A stretch of DNA of 64,000 bases from the human T2T-CHM13v2.0 reference genome, Homo sapiens. Below the pieces are notes generated by a model. It was not told the DNA's origin. It saw only the letters and a list, made by a program, of their open reading frames with translations, and made no database searches. Numbering within the stretch: position 1 is the first letter of the stretch; the number at the start of each line of letters is the position of its first letter. Below are positions 53,018 to 64,000 of this stretch, one piece after another. The position numbers and the translations under genes are program-made. The stretch lies in the NCBI RefSeq assembly GCF_009914755.1, contig NC_060931.1. One strand, written 5' to 3'.

Positions 53018-55357
53018 AACTTCTTTTTTTAAGATTTCACATAGGGAGATCCTGGATCCAAGATGGCCAAATAGGAACAGTGCCAGCCTGCAGCTTCCAG
53101 TGAGATTGATGCAGAAGGTGGGTGATTTCTGCATTTCCAACTGAGGTACCTGGCTCATCTCATTGGGACTGGCTGGACAGTAAGTGCAGCCCATGGAGGG
53201 TGAGCTGAAGCAGGGTGGGGTGTTGCCTCACCTGGGAAGTGCGAGGGGTTGGGGAACTCTCTCCCCTAGCCAAGGGAAGCCATGAGGAATGGTGCATTCC
53301 GGCCCAGATACTATGCTTTTCTCATGGTCTTTGCAACCCACTAGACCAGGAGATTCCCTCGGGTGCCTACACCACCAGGGCCTTGGGTTTCAAGCACAAA
53401 ACTGGGTGGCTGTTTGGGCAGACACTGAGCTAGTTGCAAGAGTTTTTTTTTCATACCCAAGTGGGGCCTGGAGCACCAGCAGGACCGAACTATTCACTCC
53501 CCTGGAAAGGGGGCTGAAGCCAGGGAGCTGAGTGGACTAACTCAGTGGATCCCACCCCCACAGAGCTCAGCAAGCTAAGATCCACTGGCTTGACATTCTC
53601 ACTGCCAGCACAGCAGTCTGAAGATGACCTGTGACTCTCAAGCTTGGTGGGAGGAGGGGTGTATACCATTATTGAGACTGGAGTAGGCAGTTTTCTCCTC
53701 ACAGTGTAAACAAAGCTGCTGGGAAGTTTGAACTGGGCAGAGCCCACCACAGCTCTGCAAAGCCCTTGTAGCCAGACTGCCTCTCTAGATTCCTTCTCCC
53801 TGAGCAGGGCATCTCTGAAAGAAAGGCAGCAGCCCCAGTCAGGGGCTTATAGATCAAACTCCCATCTCCCTGGGATAGGATAGAGCACCTGGGGGAAGGG
53901 GCAGCTGTGGGTGCAGCTTCAGCGGAATTAAACATCCCTGCCTGATGGCTCTGAAGAGAGCAGTAGATCTCCCAGCACAGTGTTTGACCTCTGCTAAGGG
54001 TCATACTCTCTCCCGAAGTGGGTCCCTGACCCCTGTGTCTTTGACTGGGAGATACCTCTCAGCAGGGGTTGACAGATGCCTCATACAGGAGAGCTCTGGC
54101 TGGCATCTGGCAGGTGCCCCTCTGGGATGAAGTTTTCAGAGGAAGTAACTGGCAGCAATCTTCGCTGTTCTGCAGCCTCCGTTGGTGATATCCAGGCAAA
54201 CAGGGTCTGGAGTGGACCTCCAGCAGACCTGCAGCAGAGGGTCCTGACTGTTAGAAGAAGAAAGGAATAGCATTAACATCAATAAAAAAGGATGTCCACT
54301 CAGAGACCCCGAACTGAAGGTAACCAACATCAAAGGTAGATAAATCCATGAAGACGAGGAAAAACCAGCACAAAAAGTCTGAAAATCCAAAAACCCAAAT
54401 GCTTCCTCTCCTCCAAAGTATCACAACTCTTCACCAGCAGGGGAACAAAACTGGATGAAGAATCATTTTGACAAATGGACAGAAGTAGCCTTCAGAAGGT
54501 GAATAATAACAAACTCCTCTGAGCTAAAGGAACACGTTCTAACAAACAGAATGCAGGGAAGCTAAGAACCTTGAAAAAAGTTAGATGAATTGCTAACAAG
54601 AATAACCAGTTTAGATAACAGCATAAATGACCTGATGGAGCTGAAAAACACAGCTCAAAAATTTCGTGAAGCATACACAAGTATCAATAGCCAAATCGAT
54701 AAAGCAGAAGAAACAATATCAGAGATTGAAGATCAACTTAATGAAATAAAGTGAGAAGACAAGATTAGAGAGAAAAGAATAAAAAGGAACAAACAAAGCC
54801 TCCAAGAAATATGGGACTATGTGAAAAGACTAAATCTGCCTTTGATTGTTGTACCTGAAAGTGATGGGGAGAATGGAACCAAGTTGGAAAACACTCTTCA
54901 GGATATTATCCAGGAGAACTTCCCCAACCTAGCAAGACAGGCCAACATTCAAATTCAGGAAATACAGAGAACACCACAAAGATACTCCTTGAGAAGAGCA
55001 ACCCCAAGACACATAATCATCCGATTCACAAAGGTTGAAATGAACGAAAAAAATGTTAAGGGCAGCCAGATAGAAAGGTCAGGTTACCCACAAAGGGAAG
55101 CCCATCAGACTAACAGTGGATCCCTCTGCAGAAATCCTACGAGCCAGAAGAGATTGGGATCCAATATTCAACATTCTTAAAGAATTTTCAATCCACAATT
55201 TCACATCCAGCCAAACTAAGCTTCATAAGCAAAGGAGAAATAAAATTCTTTACAGACAAGCAAGTGCTGAGAGATTTTGTCACCAGCAGGCCTGCAAGAG
55301 CTCCTAAAGGGCACACTCAATATTGAAAGAAAAAACTGGTACCAGCCACTGCAAACA

Positions 55358-55811
55358 TGTAGATCAGTCAGAGTGGTGGGAGAAACTATAGGGAAAGGAG
55401 CAGGCCTTCCGAAAGGTGCGAAGGCTCTGCCTGGCTTTGCGGGAGAATAGCCAAAGGCAGCTGTTCTCTGACCCTGAGGCAGAGGGCAAGGAGTAGGTAC
55501 AAGGGAGTGTAGGGGAATTTATCTTAAACAGGCTTGTTTACTTGTGTTGACCAAGAACCGATCTTTGATCACCCGCACACGTGATGTTCCTTGAAAGGGG
55601 AACAATAAATGTTAGTTACCCACAGATTGTGTTTGCTCCAGGCTTTTGGAATCACGCCTACACTGAATAAAAGCATGCAGCTCCAGCTTCTCGGGGCTGC
55701 ACTTTGGCAGCTATAGCCAGGCAGACGCCTAGCTGCTCTTACACTGCATACCTGTGGCCGAGTACTCATTTCATTCATCGGTCGGCCAGGGTCTGTGGGA
55801 CAGACCCAGCA
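55358..55811 (+). mobile_element. ERVK-class solo LTR, LTR22-like (HML-5), inserted in L1 ORF1
   Basis: TG...CA ends, 454 bp, 6-bp TSD caaaca (55352-55357 and 55812-55817), internal aataaa, terminal gggtctgtgggacagacccagca. Confidence 0.85.
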
Positions 55812-56476
55812 CAAACACATACCAAATTGTAAAGACTATCGACACTATGAAGAAACTGCATCAACTAATGGTCAAAATAACCAGCTAGGATCACAATGAC
55901 AGGATCAAATTCACATATAACAATATTAACCTTAAATGTAAATGGGCTAAATGCCCCAATTAAAAGACACAGACTGGCAAATTGAATAACAAGTCAAGAC
56001 CCATTGGTGGGCTATATTCAGGTGACCCATCTCACGTGCAAAGACACACATAGGCTTAAAATAAAGGGATGGAGGAATATTTACCAAGCAAATGGAAAGC
56101 AAAAAAAAAAAGCAGGGGTTACAATCCTAGTCTCTGATAAAACAGACTTTAAACCAACAAAGATCAAAAGAGACAAACAAGGGCATTACATATGGTAAAG
56201 GGATCAATGTAACAAGAACAGCTAACTATCCCAAATATAGATGCACCCAATGCAGGAGCACCCAGATTCATAAAGCAAGCCCTTAGAGACCTACAAAGAG
56301 AGTTAGACTCCCACACAATAATAGTGGGAGACTTTAACACCCCATTGTCAATATTAGGCAAATCAATGAGACAGATAATTAATAAGGATATTCAGGACTT
56401 GAACTAAGCTGTGGACCAAGGAGACCTAATAGACTTCTACAAAACTCTCCACCCCAAATCAACAGAATATGCATTC

Positions 56477-56779
56477 TTTTTTTTTTTTTTTTCTTTTTTG
56501 AGACAGAATCTTGCTCTGTCACCCAGGCTGTAGTGCAGTGGCACTATCTCAGCTCACTGCAACCTCCACCTCCCAGGTTAAAGTGATTCTCCTGCCTCAG
56601 CCTCCCGAGTAGCTGGGACTACAGGCACCCGCCACCATGTCCAGCTGATTATTGTATTTTTAGTAGAGATGGGGTTTCACCATATTGGCCAGGCTGTTCT
56701 CAAACTACCGACCTTGTAATCCGCCCGCCTCGGCCTCCCAAAGTGCTGGGATTACAGGCATGAGCCACCGTGCCCGGCC
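56477..56779 (-). mobile_element. AluS inserted in right-arm ORF2
   Basis: Full dimer with poly(T). TSD cagaatat(g/a)ca(t/c)tct. Confidence 0.95.
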
Positions 56780-59578
56780 CAGAATATACACTCTTCTCAG
56801 CACCACATTGCATTTTTTCTAAAATTGACCACATAGTTGGAGGTAAAACAAACACTCCTTAGAAAATCCAAAAGAACAGAAATCATAACAAACAGTCTCT
56901 CAGACACAGTACAATCAAATTAGAACTCAGGATTAAGAAACCCACTCAAAACCGCTCAACTACATGGAAACTGAACAACCTGCTCCTGAATGACTACTGG
57001 GTAAATAACAAAACTAAAGCAGAAATAAGTAAGTAAGTTATTTGAAACCAATGAGTTCAAAGACACAACATACCAGAATCTCTGGCACACAGCTAAAACT
57101 GTGTTTAGAGGGAAATTTATAGCACTAAATGCTCACAGGAGAAAGCAGGAAAGATCTAAAATCAACACCTTAACATCACAATTAAAAGAACTAGAGAAGC
57201 AAGAGTAAATTCAAAAGCTAGCAGAACTCAAGAAATAACTAAGAGCAGAGCTGAAGGTGATAGAGACATGAAACACCCTTAAAAAAATCAATCAAGGAGC
57301 TGTTTTTTTGAAAAGATCAACAATTTAGATATATGGCTAGCCAGACTAAGAAAGAAGAAAAGAGAGAAGAATCAAATAGATTCAATAAAAAATGATAAAG
57401 GGGATATCATCACCGATCCCACAGAAATACAAACCACTATCAGAGCATACTATAAACACCTCTACACAAATAAGCTAGAAAATTTAGAAGAGAGAAATTC
57501 CTGGAAACATACTCCCTCCCATGACTAAACCAGGAGGAAGCTGAATCCCTGAAGAGACCAATAACAAGTTCTAAAATTGAGGCAGTAATTAGTAGCCTAC
57601 CAACCACAAAAAGCCCAGGAACAGACAGATCCACAGCCACATTCTACCAGAGGTACAAAGAGGAGCTGGTACCATTCTTTCTGAAACTACTCCACACAAT
57701 ATAAAAAGAGGGACTCCTCCCTAACTCATTTTATGAGGCCACCATCATCCCGATACCAAAACCTGGCAGATACACAATAAAGAAAAACAAATTTCAGGCC
57801 AATATCCCTGATGAACATTGATGTGAAAATCCACAATCACATACTGGCACATCGAATCCAGCAGCACATCAAAAAGCTTATCCACCATGATCAAGTCGGC
57901 TTCATCCCTGGGATGCAAGGTGGGTTCAACATATGTGAATCAATAAACGTAATCCATCACATAAATAGAACCAATGACAAAAACCACATGATTATCTCAA
58001 TAGATGCAGAAGAGGCCTTTGACAAAATTCAACACCCCTTCATGCTAAAAACTCTCAATAAACTAGGTATTGATGGAACATATCTCAAAATAATAAGAGC
58101 TATTTATGTCAAACCCACAGCCACAGGGCTACAGTAACCAAAACAGCACGGTACTGGTAGCAAAACAGATATAAAAACCAATGGAACACAACCGAGGCCT
58201 CAGAAATAATAACACACATCTACAACCATCTGATCTTTGACAAGCCTAAGAAAAGCAATGGGAAAAGGATTCCCTATTTAATAAATGGTGTCGGGAAAAC
58301 TGGCTAGCCATATGCAGAAAACTGAAACCGGACCCCTTCCTTACACCTTATACAGAAATTCACTCAAGATGGATTAAAGACGTAAACCCAAGACCTAAAA
58401 CCGTAAAAACCGTAGAAGAAAACCTAGGCAATACTATTCAGGACATAGGCATGGGCAAAGACTTCATGACTAAAACACCAAAAGCAATGGCCACAAAAGC
58501 CAAAATTGACAAACGGGATCTAATTAAAGAGCTTCTGCACAGCAAAAGAAACTATCATCAGAGTGAACAGGCAACCTGCTGATTGGGAGAAAAATTTTGC
58601 AATCTATCCATCTGACAAGAGGCTAATATCCAGAATCTACAAAGAACTTAAACAAATTTACAAGAAAACAACAACCCCATGAAAAAGTGGGCGAAGAATA
58701 TGAACAGACACTTCTGAAAAGAAGACATTATGCAGCCAACAAACATGAAAAAAAGCTCATCAACACTGGTCATTAGAGAAATGCAAATCAAAACCACAAT
58801 GAGATACCATCTCACACCAATTAGAATAGTGATCATTTAAAAGTCAGGAAACAATGGATGCTAGAGAGGATGTGGAGAAACAGGAATGCTTTTACACTGT
58901 TGGTGGGACTGTAAATTAGTTCAACCATTGTGGAACACAGCATGGTGATTCCAATGGTGATTCATTGGACCCAGCAATCCCATTACTGGGTATATACACA
59001 AAGGATTATAAATCATTCTATTATAAAGACACATGCACATTTATATTTATTGCAGCACTGTTCACAATAGTGAACACTTGGAACCAACCCAAATGCTCAT
59101 CAATGATAGACTGGATGAAGAAAATGTGGCACGTATACACCATGGAATAGTATGCAGCCATAAAAAAAGGATGAGTTCATGTCCTTTGCAGGGACATGGA
59201 TGAACCTGGAAACTATCATTCTCAGCAAACTAACACAGAAACAGAAAACCAAACACTGCACGTTCTCATTCATAATTGGGAGTTGAACAATGAGAATACA
59301 TGGACACAGGGAGGGGAACATCACACACTGGGGCCTGTCGAGGGGTAGGGTCTAGGGGAGGGATAGCATTAGGAGAAATACCTAAAGTAGATGAAGTAGA
59401 TGATGGATTGATGGGTGCAGCAAATCACCATGGCATGTGTATACCTGTGTAACAAACCTGCACGTTCTGCACATGTACCCCAGAACTTAAAGTATAATTA
59501 AAAAAAGAAACTAAATGTAATTCATATTAAAAAAAGAATATGTTCTTATAAAAAAAAAGATTTCACGTAAGTAGGAGT

Positions 59579-60072
59579 TGAGGTATTGCTCCTCACAAGA
59601 GGGCATTAGCTACGGGGGTCTGTCTGCAGACCCTGACCCCAGCGATGGATGAATAAAACGTACACTGACACACAGATATTATCTTTTGCCAGTCCTGCTG
59701 AGTGTCTGACCATCTACACACCAGAGAGGTTTGTCACTGCAGCCAGCCCTGATCAGTGAGGGAGACTCACATTTATTAGTTAACAACAGCTTGAGTCAAT
59801 GCCATTAGACGGTAATTGACATTGTGGACTTAAAGAGTAAAAAGCATGTATCAAAGGCTCATCTTGAGACCACGTGGGTAAACAAGCTAACTAGATAACT
59901 TCCTCACATCCCGTTGTTTACTACTCTAATCTATTTAACTAAAGGTAATGGGACTAGGCCGCCTTCTACCAGGTCTATTACCAAAGTCATGTGAAAACCC
60001 TCAGGCCTTCCAAAAGGGTTTTGTGGCTATCATAACTGGTATTTTTCCCACCAGCCTGATCAAATCTCAACA
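59579..60072 (-). mobile_element. Second ERVK-class solo LTR, LTR22-like (different variant)
   Basis: TG...CA ends, 494 bp, 6-bp TSD aggagt (59573-59578 and 60073-60078). Minus strand starts TGTTGAGATTTGATCAGGCTGGTGGGAAAAA and contains GGGTCTGCAGACAGACCC. Confidence 0.82.
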
Positions 60073-60504
60073 AGGAGTTGTCTGTTTCTTTAAATTTTGG
60101 GAAAACTCATAATTAAAGCCATTTAAATTTTAGTTTGTGTGCATATGTGAGTATGTATTTCATAGGTTTGAAAATAGTTATATAATCTATGGTGTAGGTT
60201 TTTCATTACTCTTGATAAAATATAACCTTCTAAATTATCTTGACATTTTTACTTCTGTTAGAAAAAGCTATTCACCGAATTATATTCTATTTTTCTAAAC
60301 TTTATTTTATTTATGGTAATGACAACTTTGCTTTTTTTTTCCTCTTCACTGAATTTGCCATGAGCTGGTCTATTTTGTCAGTTTGCTCTAAAAACAATCT
60401 ATTGGTTTTGTTGATTATTTATTTTCTGTCTCACTGAATTTATACTCATCCATGTTGGTTGCATTCCATTTCCTTTTTACTTTTCTTAAAAATTTATTCA
60501 GTTG

Positions 60505-61286
60505 AGACACATGAAAAAATGCTCATCATCACTGGCCATCAGAGAAATGCAAATCAAAACCACAATGAGATACCATCTCACACCAGTTAGAATGGCGAAC
60601 ATTAAAAAGTCAGGAAACAACAGGTGCTGGAGAGGATCTGGAGAAATAGGAACACTTTTACACTGTTGGTGGGACTGTAAACTAGTTCAGCTATCGTGGA
60701 AGACAGTGTGGCGATTCCTCAAGGATCTGGAACTAGAAATACCATTTGACCCAGCCATCCCATTACTGGGTATACACCCAAAGGACTATAAATCATGCTG
60801 CTATAAAGACACATGCACACATACGTTTATTGCGGCACTATTCACAATAGCAAAGACTTGGGACCAACCCAAATGTCCATCAATGATAGACTGGATTAAG
60901 AAAATGTGGCACATATACACCATGGAATACTATGCAGCCATAAAAAAGGATGAGTTCATATCCTTTGTAGGGACATGGATGAAGCTGGAAACCATCATTC
61001 TGAGCAAACTATGGCAAGGACAAAAAACCAAACACCGCATGTTCTCACTCATAGGTGGGAATTGAACAATGAAAACACTTGGACACAGGAAGGGGAACAT
61101 CACACACTGCGGCCTGTTATGGGGTCGGGGGAGGGGGGAGGGATAGCATTAGGAGATATACCTAATGTAAATGACGAGTTAATGGGTGCAGCACACCAAC
61201 ATGGCACATGTATACATATGTAACAAACCTGCATGTTGTGCACATGTACCTTAGAACTTAAAGTATAATTAAAAAAATTAAAAAAG
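60505..61286 (+). mobile_element. 5'-truncated younger L1PA (about PA4/5) 3' end
   Basis: Open ORF2 C-terminus with the CCHC region (RCWRG...[11 protein letters not shown] 60502..61065), 3'UTR and A tail. TSD aatttattcagttga at 60491 and 61287. Confidence 0.95.
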
Positions 61287-62371
61287 AATTTATTCAGTTG
61301 AATGCTTAGTTCATTTTTAACTTTTCTCCCTTCTGTAGAAGCGTTTAAAGCTTCAAGATCTCCTCTAGGTACTTCTTTGCTGCATCCCATATAACATTTG
61401 CTGGATAATGCTTTAGAGGTATGATTTTACTCTCTAAGGTTGCGTGTGGAGATCTCTTTTGTCATTGTTCTATTGATTCCTAATTTTATTTCCTTGTCAT
61501 TTTGGAGTGAATACTTTTCTTTCTTGCCTTGGGAATTATTTTATTTATTGTAACTTTTGACCTTTCTTTACTCTTTACTTATCCTATGCTGGCATATGGA
61601 GTGTTTTACCTAGTTGATAAATTTAGGAAGATCAAATTGACAGAGCAGGTAATTCCATCTAATTCTTGGGCTAAGTCATCTAGCCCATTTGGTTTTTACT
61701 GCAAGTATTCTTTTCCAACACTTTAAGCTTTTGTCTCCTACTTTTCAGTAAGAAAGGTGATATTTTGTCTCCTACTTGCTACTATGTCATATTACTTATT
61801 TCAGAACATCAGCAGCATTAAGGGTTGTTTGTTGAGCCCCACACCCTCTACCAAATAGCAATTCTTTTGTTTTCGAGTCTTCGGGTGTTGTTTCCCAAAC
61901 CACGACATTTAATGCTGTGATTCTTGAAGATGTATTGCTTACATTGAGTGAATGATTCTATGTGTGTATACGTTCACACAGACATATAAACATAGATGTT
62001 TATATATATTCTAAGTAAAATTCAGATTAAAATCAATTTTTACCAATAATTTGATTTATCCATTTGAAAAAATATAGTAAAATCTCACACTTTGCTGTGG
62101 ATTTGTAATTTTTATTTAATTGTGTCATTTGATTTAAATAAATTGAAGATTGTTAGACTCCTACCTGATCATAATTGTTATAAGCGTACAAATAATGTGC
62201 TCCTAATTATCTCAGCCTTCTTGAGCTCATAAAACCGGGAAACATTTTTGCAAAACTCACACCTTATTTATGAAGGGTGGCAGGATGTTCCATCTTTCCA
62301 ATCTTTAGAATTCAGAATCTTCCCCTTACTTTAGTCCTCAGCCTCAAGTGACATCTGAGTAAATTTTTAAA

Positions 62372-62669
62372 TTATTTATTTATTTATTTTTGAGATGGAA
62401 TTTCACTCTTGTTGCCCAGGCTGGAGTGCAGTGGTGCAATCTCGGCTCACTGCAGTCTCTGGCCTCCCGGGATCAAGTGATTCTCCTGCCTCAGCCTCCT
62501 GAGTAGCTTGGATTACAGGAGCCTGACACCATGCATAATTTTTTTTTTGGTAGAGTTTGGGTTTGGCCATGTTGGCCAGGCTGGTCTCACAACTCCTGGC
62601 CTCAGGTGATCCGCCCACCTAGGCCTCCCAAAGCGTTGGGATTACAGGCGTGAGCCACCGCACGTGGCC
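62372..62669 (-). mobile_element. AluS
   Basis: Full dimer with (TTTA)n tail, ending 84 bp from the splice donor of the 174-bp exon. Confidence 0.95.
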
Positions 62670-62752
62670 AACTTTGTTTATTTTTAACTGACTATTTTTT
62701 TTTTAATCTTATGCTTTTGCTTAAGATAGAGTATATGAACGGTAGCACTCAC

Positions 62753-62926
62753 CATAACATGATTTTGTTTCTAACATCTGCTCTGGGCACAGATGCTGAT
62801 TCTCTAGTTCTTGTATAATCACCGGTCTGGATCTGACCTGTATTCCACCAAAGCCTAGATCCTCACCATTCACACAGGTCAGCTGACACAGGCTCCAGGA
62901 AGACCAGTCCTTCAAATAACAGTCAC
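62753..62926 (-). CDS. THSD7A: THSD7A coding exon, 6th from last (174 bp, phase 1-1), TSP1-repeat segment
   Basis: Minus strand ttttacAG|GT GAC TGT ... TGT TAT G|GTgagt. Translates (G)DCYLKDWSSWSLCQLTCVNGEDLGFGGIQVRSRPVIIQELENQHLCPEQMLETKSCY, with the TSP1 WSxWSxC and RxR motifs. Recognised as THSD7A. Confidence 0.96.
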
Positions 62927-63499
62927 CTGTAAAACACATATTTGTAATTTACACCCATATCCACAGAGAAAAGCCAGCCCGATAATCATTTTAATTCCAA
63001 CCCCAGTAGGCAATGTTTCTGGTATCCCAGTCACACATAATATTTATAAGATTTAAATAAGCATTTAATATTTGTAAATTTGTAATTGTATAACTTTGTA
63101 TATGTATTGTTATTTTCCGTATGGCTATTACTGGTCTATGTGTTGCTTAATGATATCAAAGGTAAATTGTGGCTGACAGGAGCTCATCCACCGTAATTCA
63201 TCTCTTCTTAGGATACAACAAATATTTGATCAAAACCTACTATCATTCTTGTCATTATCATAGTAAAGTGGTTTATTACACATGAGTTACACTCAAAGAA
63301 AGCCTAAATATAAACAGAATTAGTCTTCTAGGTATTCACAATTTTGAAAAGTTTGAAATCCAAGGCCGACAGAGCTGGTTTTATGTTTTCATTCCTATTT
63401 CTTCCCAGATGAGTGGAGGTGAGAGAGACAACTGAGCAGTTGCAGTACTGGAAATAATGCTCACTATTTCCTCTGATCTACATCCTCAATCAACTTCTC

Positions 63500-64000
63500 T
63501 TTAAAATATTGATTTATTGAAGGATAACAAACATGTAAAATGATCACATATCATAGATGGACAGATGATAGCTGAATTTCGATAATCTGATTATATAACC
63601 ATGTGATCAACACCCAAATCAAGGAACAGAACATTCCCAGGATCTCAAAACCCTCCCTTGTGTGATATATGAAATCATACCATATGTACTTTTTGGTGTC
63701 TGGCTTCTTTCTCTCATTTATGTTTGTGAAATCCATCATACATTTATGAAGTTCTAATTTCTTCATTCGTACAACTTTCCATTGTGTGAATATATCATAA
63801 TTTAGATATCCATTCTACTACTGATGGGCATGTGGGGAGTTGTAAATTTTTCCCATCATGTTATTGTAAACATTTCAGTACAAGTCTTTTGATGAACTTA
63901 TATATGCATTTCTGTTGGGTATGTACCTAGGAGTGCAATTGCTGGGCCATAGTGCATCCATGCTTCCAAAATCTTTAGCCATTTTAAGAACAGAAAAGAT
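63500..64000 (-). mobile_element. Ancient L1M 3' region
   Basis: atcaaggaacagaacattccc, tctggcttctttctctca and ttctgttgggtatgtacctaggagtgcaattgctggg. Confidence 0.75.

Larger units (their letters stand above)
53045..59556 (+). mobile_element. Full-span L1PA7/8-like element (right arm) with nested LTR, nested Alu and ~715-bp ORF2 deletion
   Basis: 5' end caagatggccaaataggaacag at ~53059, A-rich tail to ~59556. TSD aagatttcac(a/g)ta at 53031 and 59557, preceded by a TTTT/AA endonuclease site. Confidence 0.95.

Noticed and set aside
55358-60072. The two LTRs as the ends of one provirus
   Set aside because: Opposite orientation, different sequences and separate TSDs, with L1 sequence between them.

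Overview
AT-rich primate genomic DNA, very probably human or a great ape. The only protein-coding content is the last six coding exons of THSD7A on the minus strand (62926 to 36766). All have canonical GT-AG junctions and splice into one frame: final TSP1 repeat, Cys-rich segment, stalk, transmembrane helix and cytoplasmic tail ...LAYDGDADM*. A roughly 5.4-kb 3'UTR follows, ending near 31.3-31.4 kb. The rest is intergenic or intronic sequence with L1, Alu, LTR, MIR/L2 and DNA-transposon relics. I found no new protein-coding system. The most unusual structure is in the 19-kb intron: two near-full-length L1PA7/8-type elements lie head-to-head about 27 bp apart, forming a ~12.8-kb quasi-palindrome. 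Their arms differ by ~16% at the 5' ends but are ~99% identical, with shared non-consensus mutations, in discrete internal tracts, which suggests arm-to-arm gene conversion. One arm also shares an 11-bp ORF2 frameshift deletion with a separately inserted L1 38 kb away. Other observations: two HML-5-like (LTR22) solo LTRs, one with an apparent fossil tRNA-Met primer-binding site inside its boundary; a decayed C2H2 zinc-finger array; a tiny twin-primed L1PB; and a strong CTCF motif. Subfamily names and percent identities come from by-eye comparison with remembered consensus sequences and need RepeatMasker or alignment confirmation.
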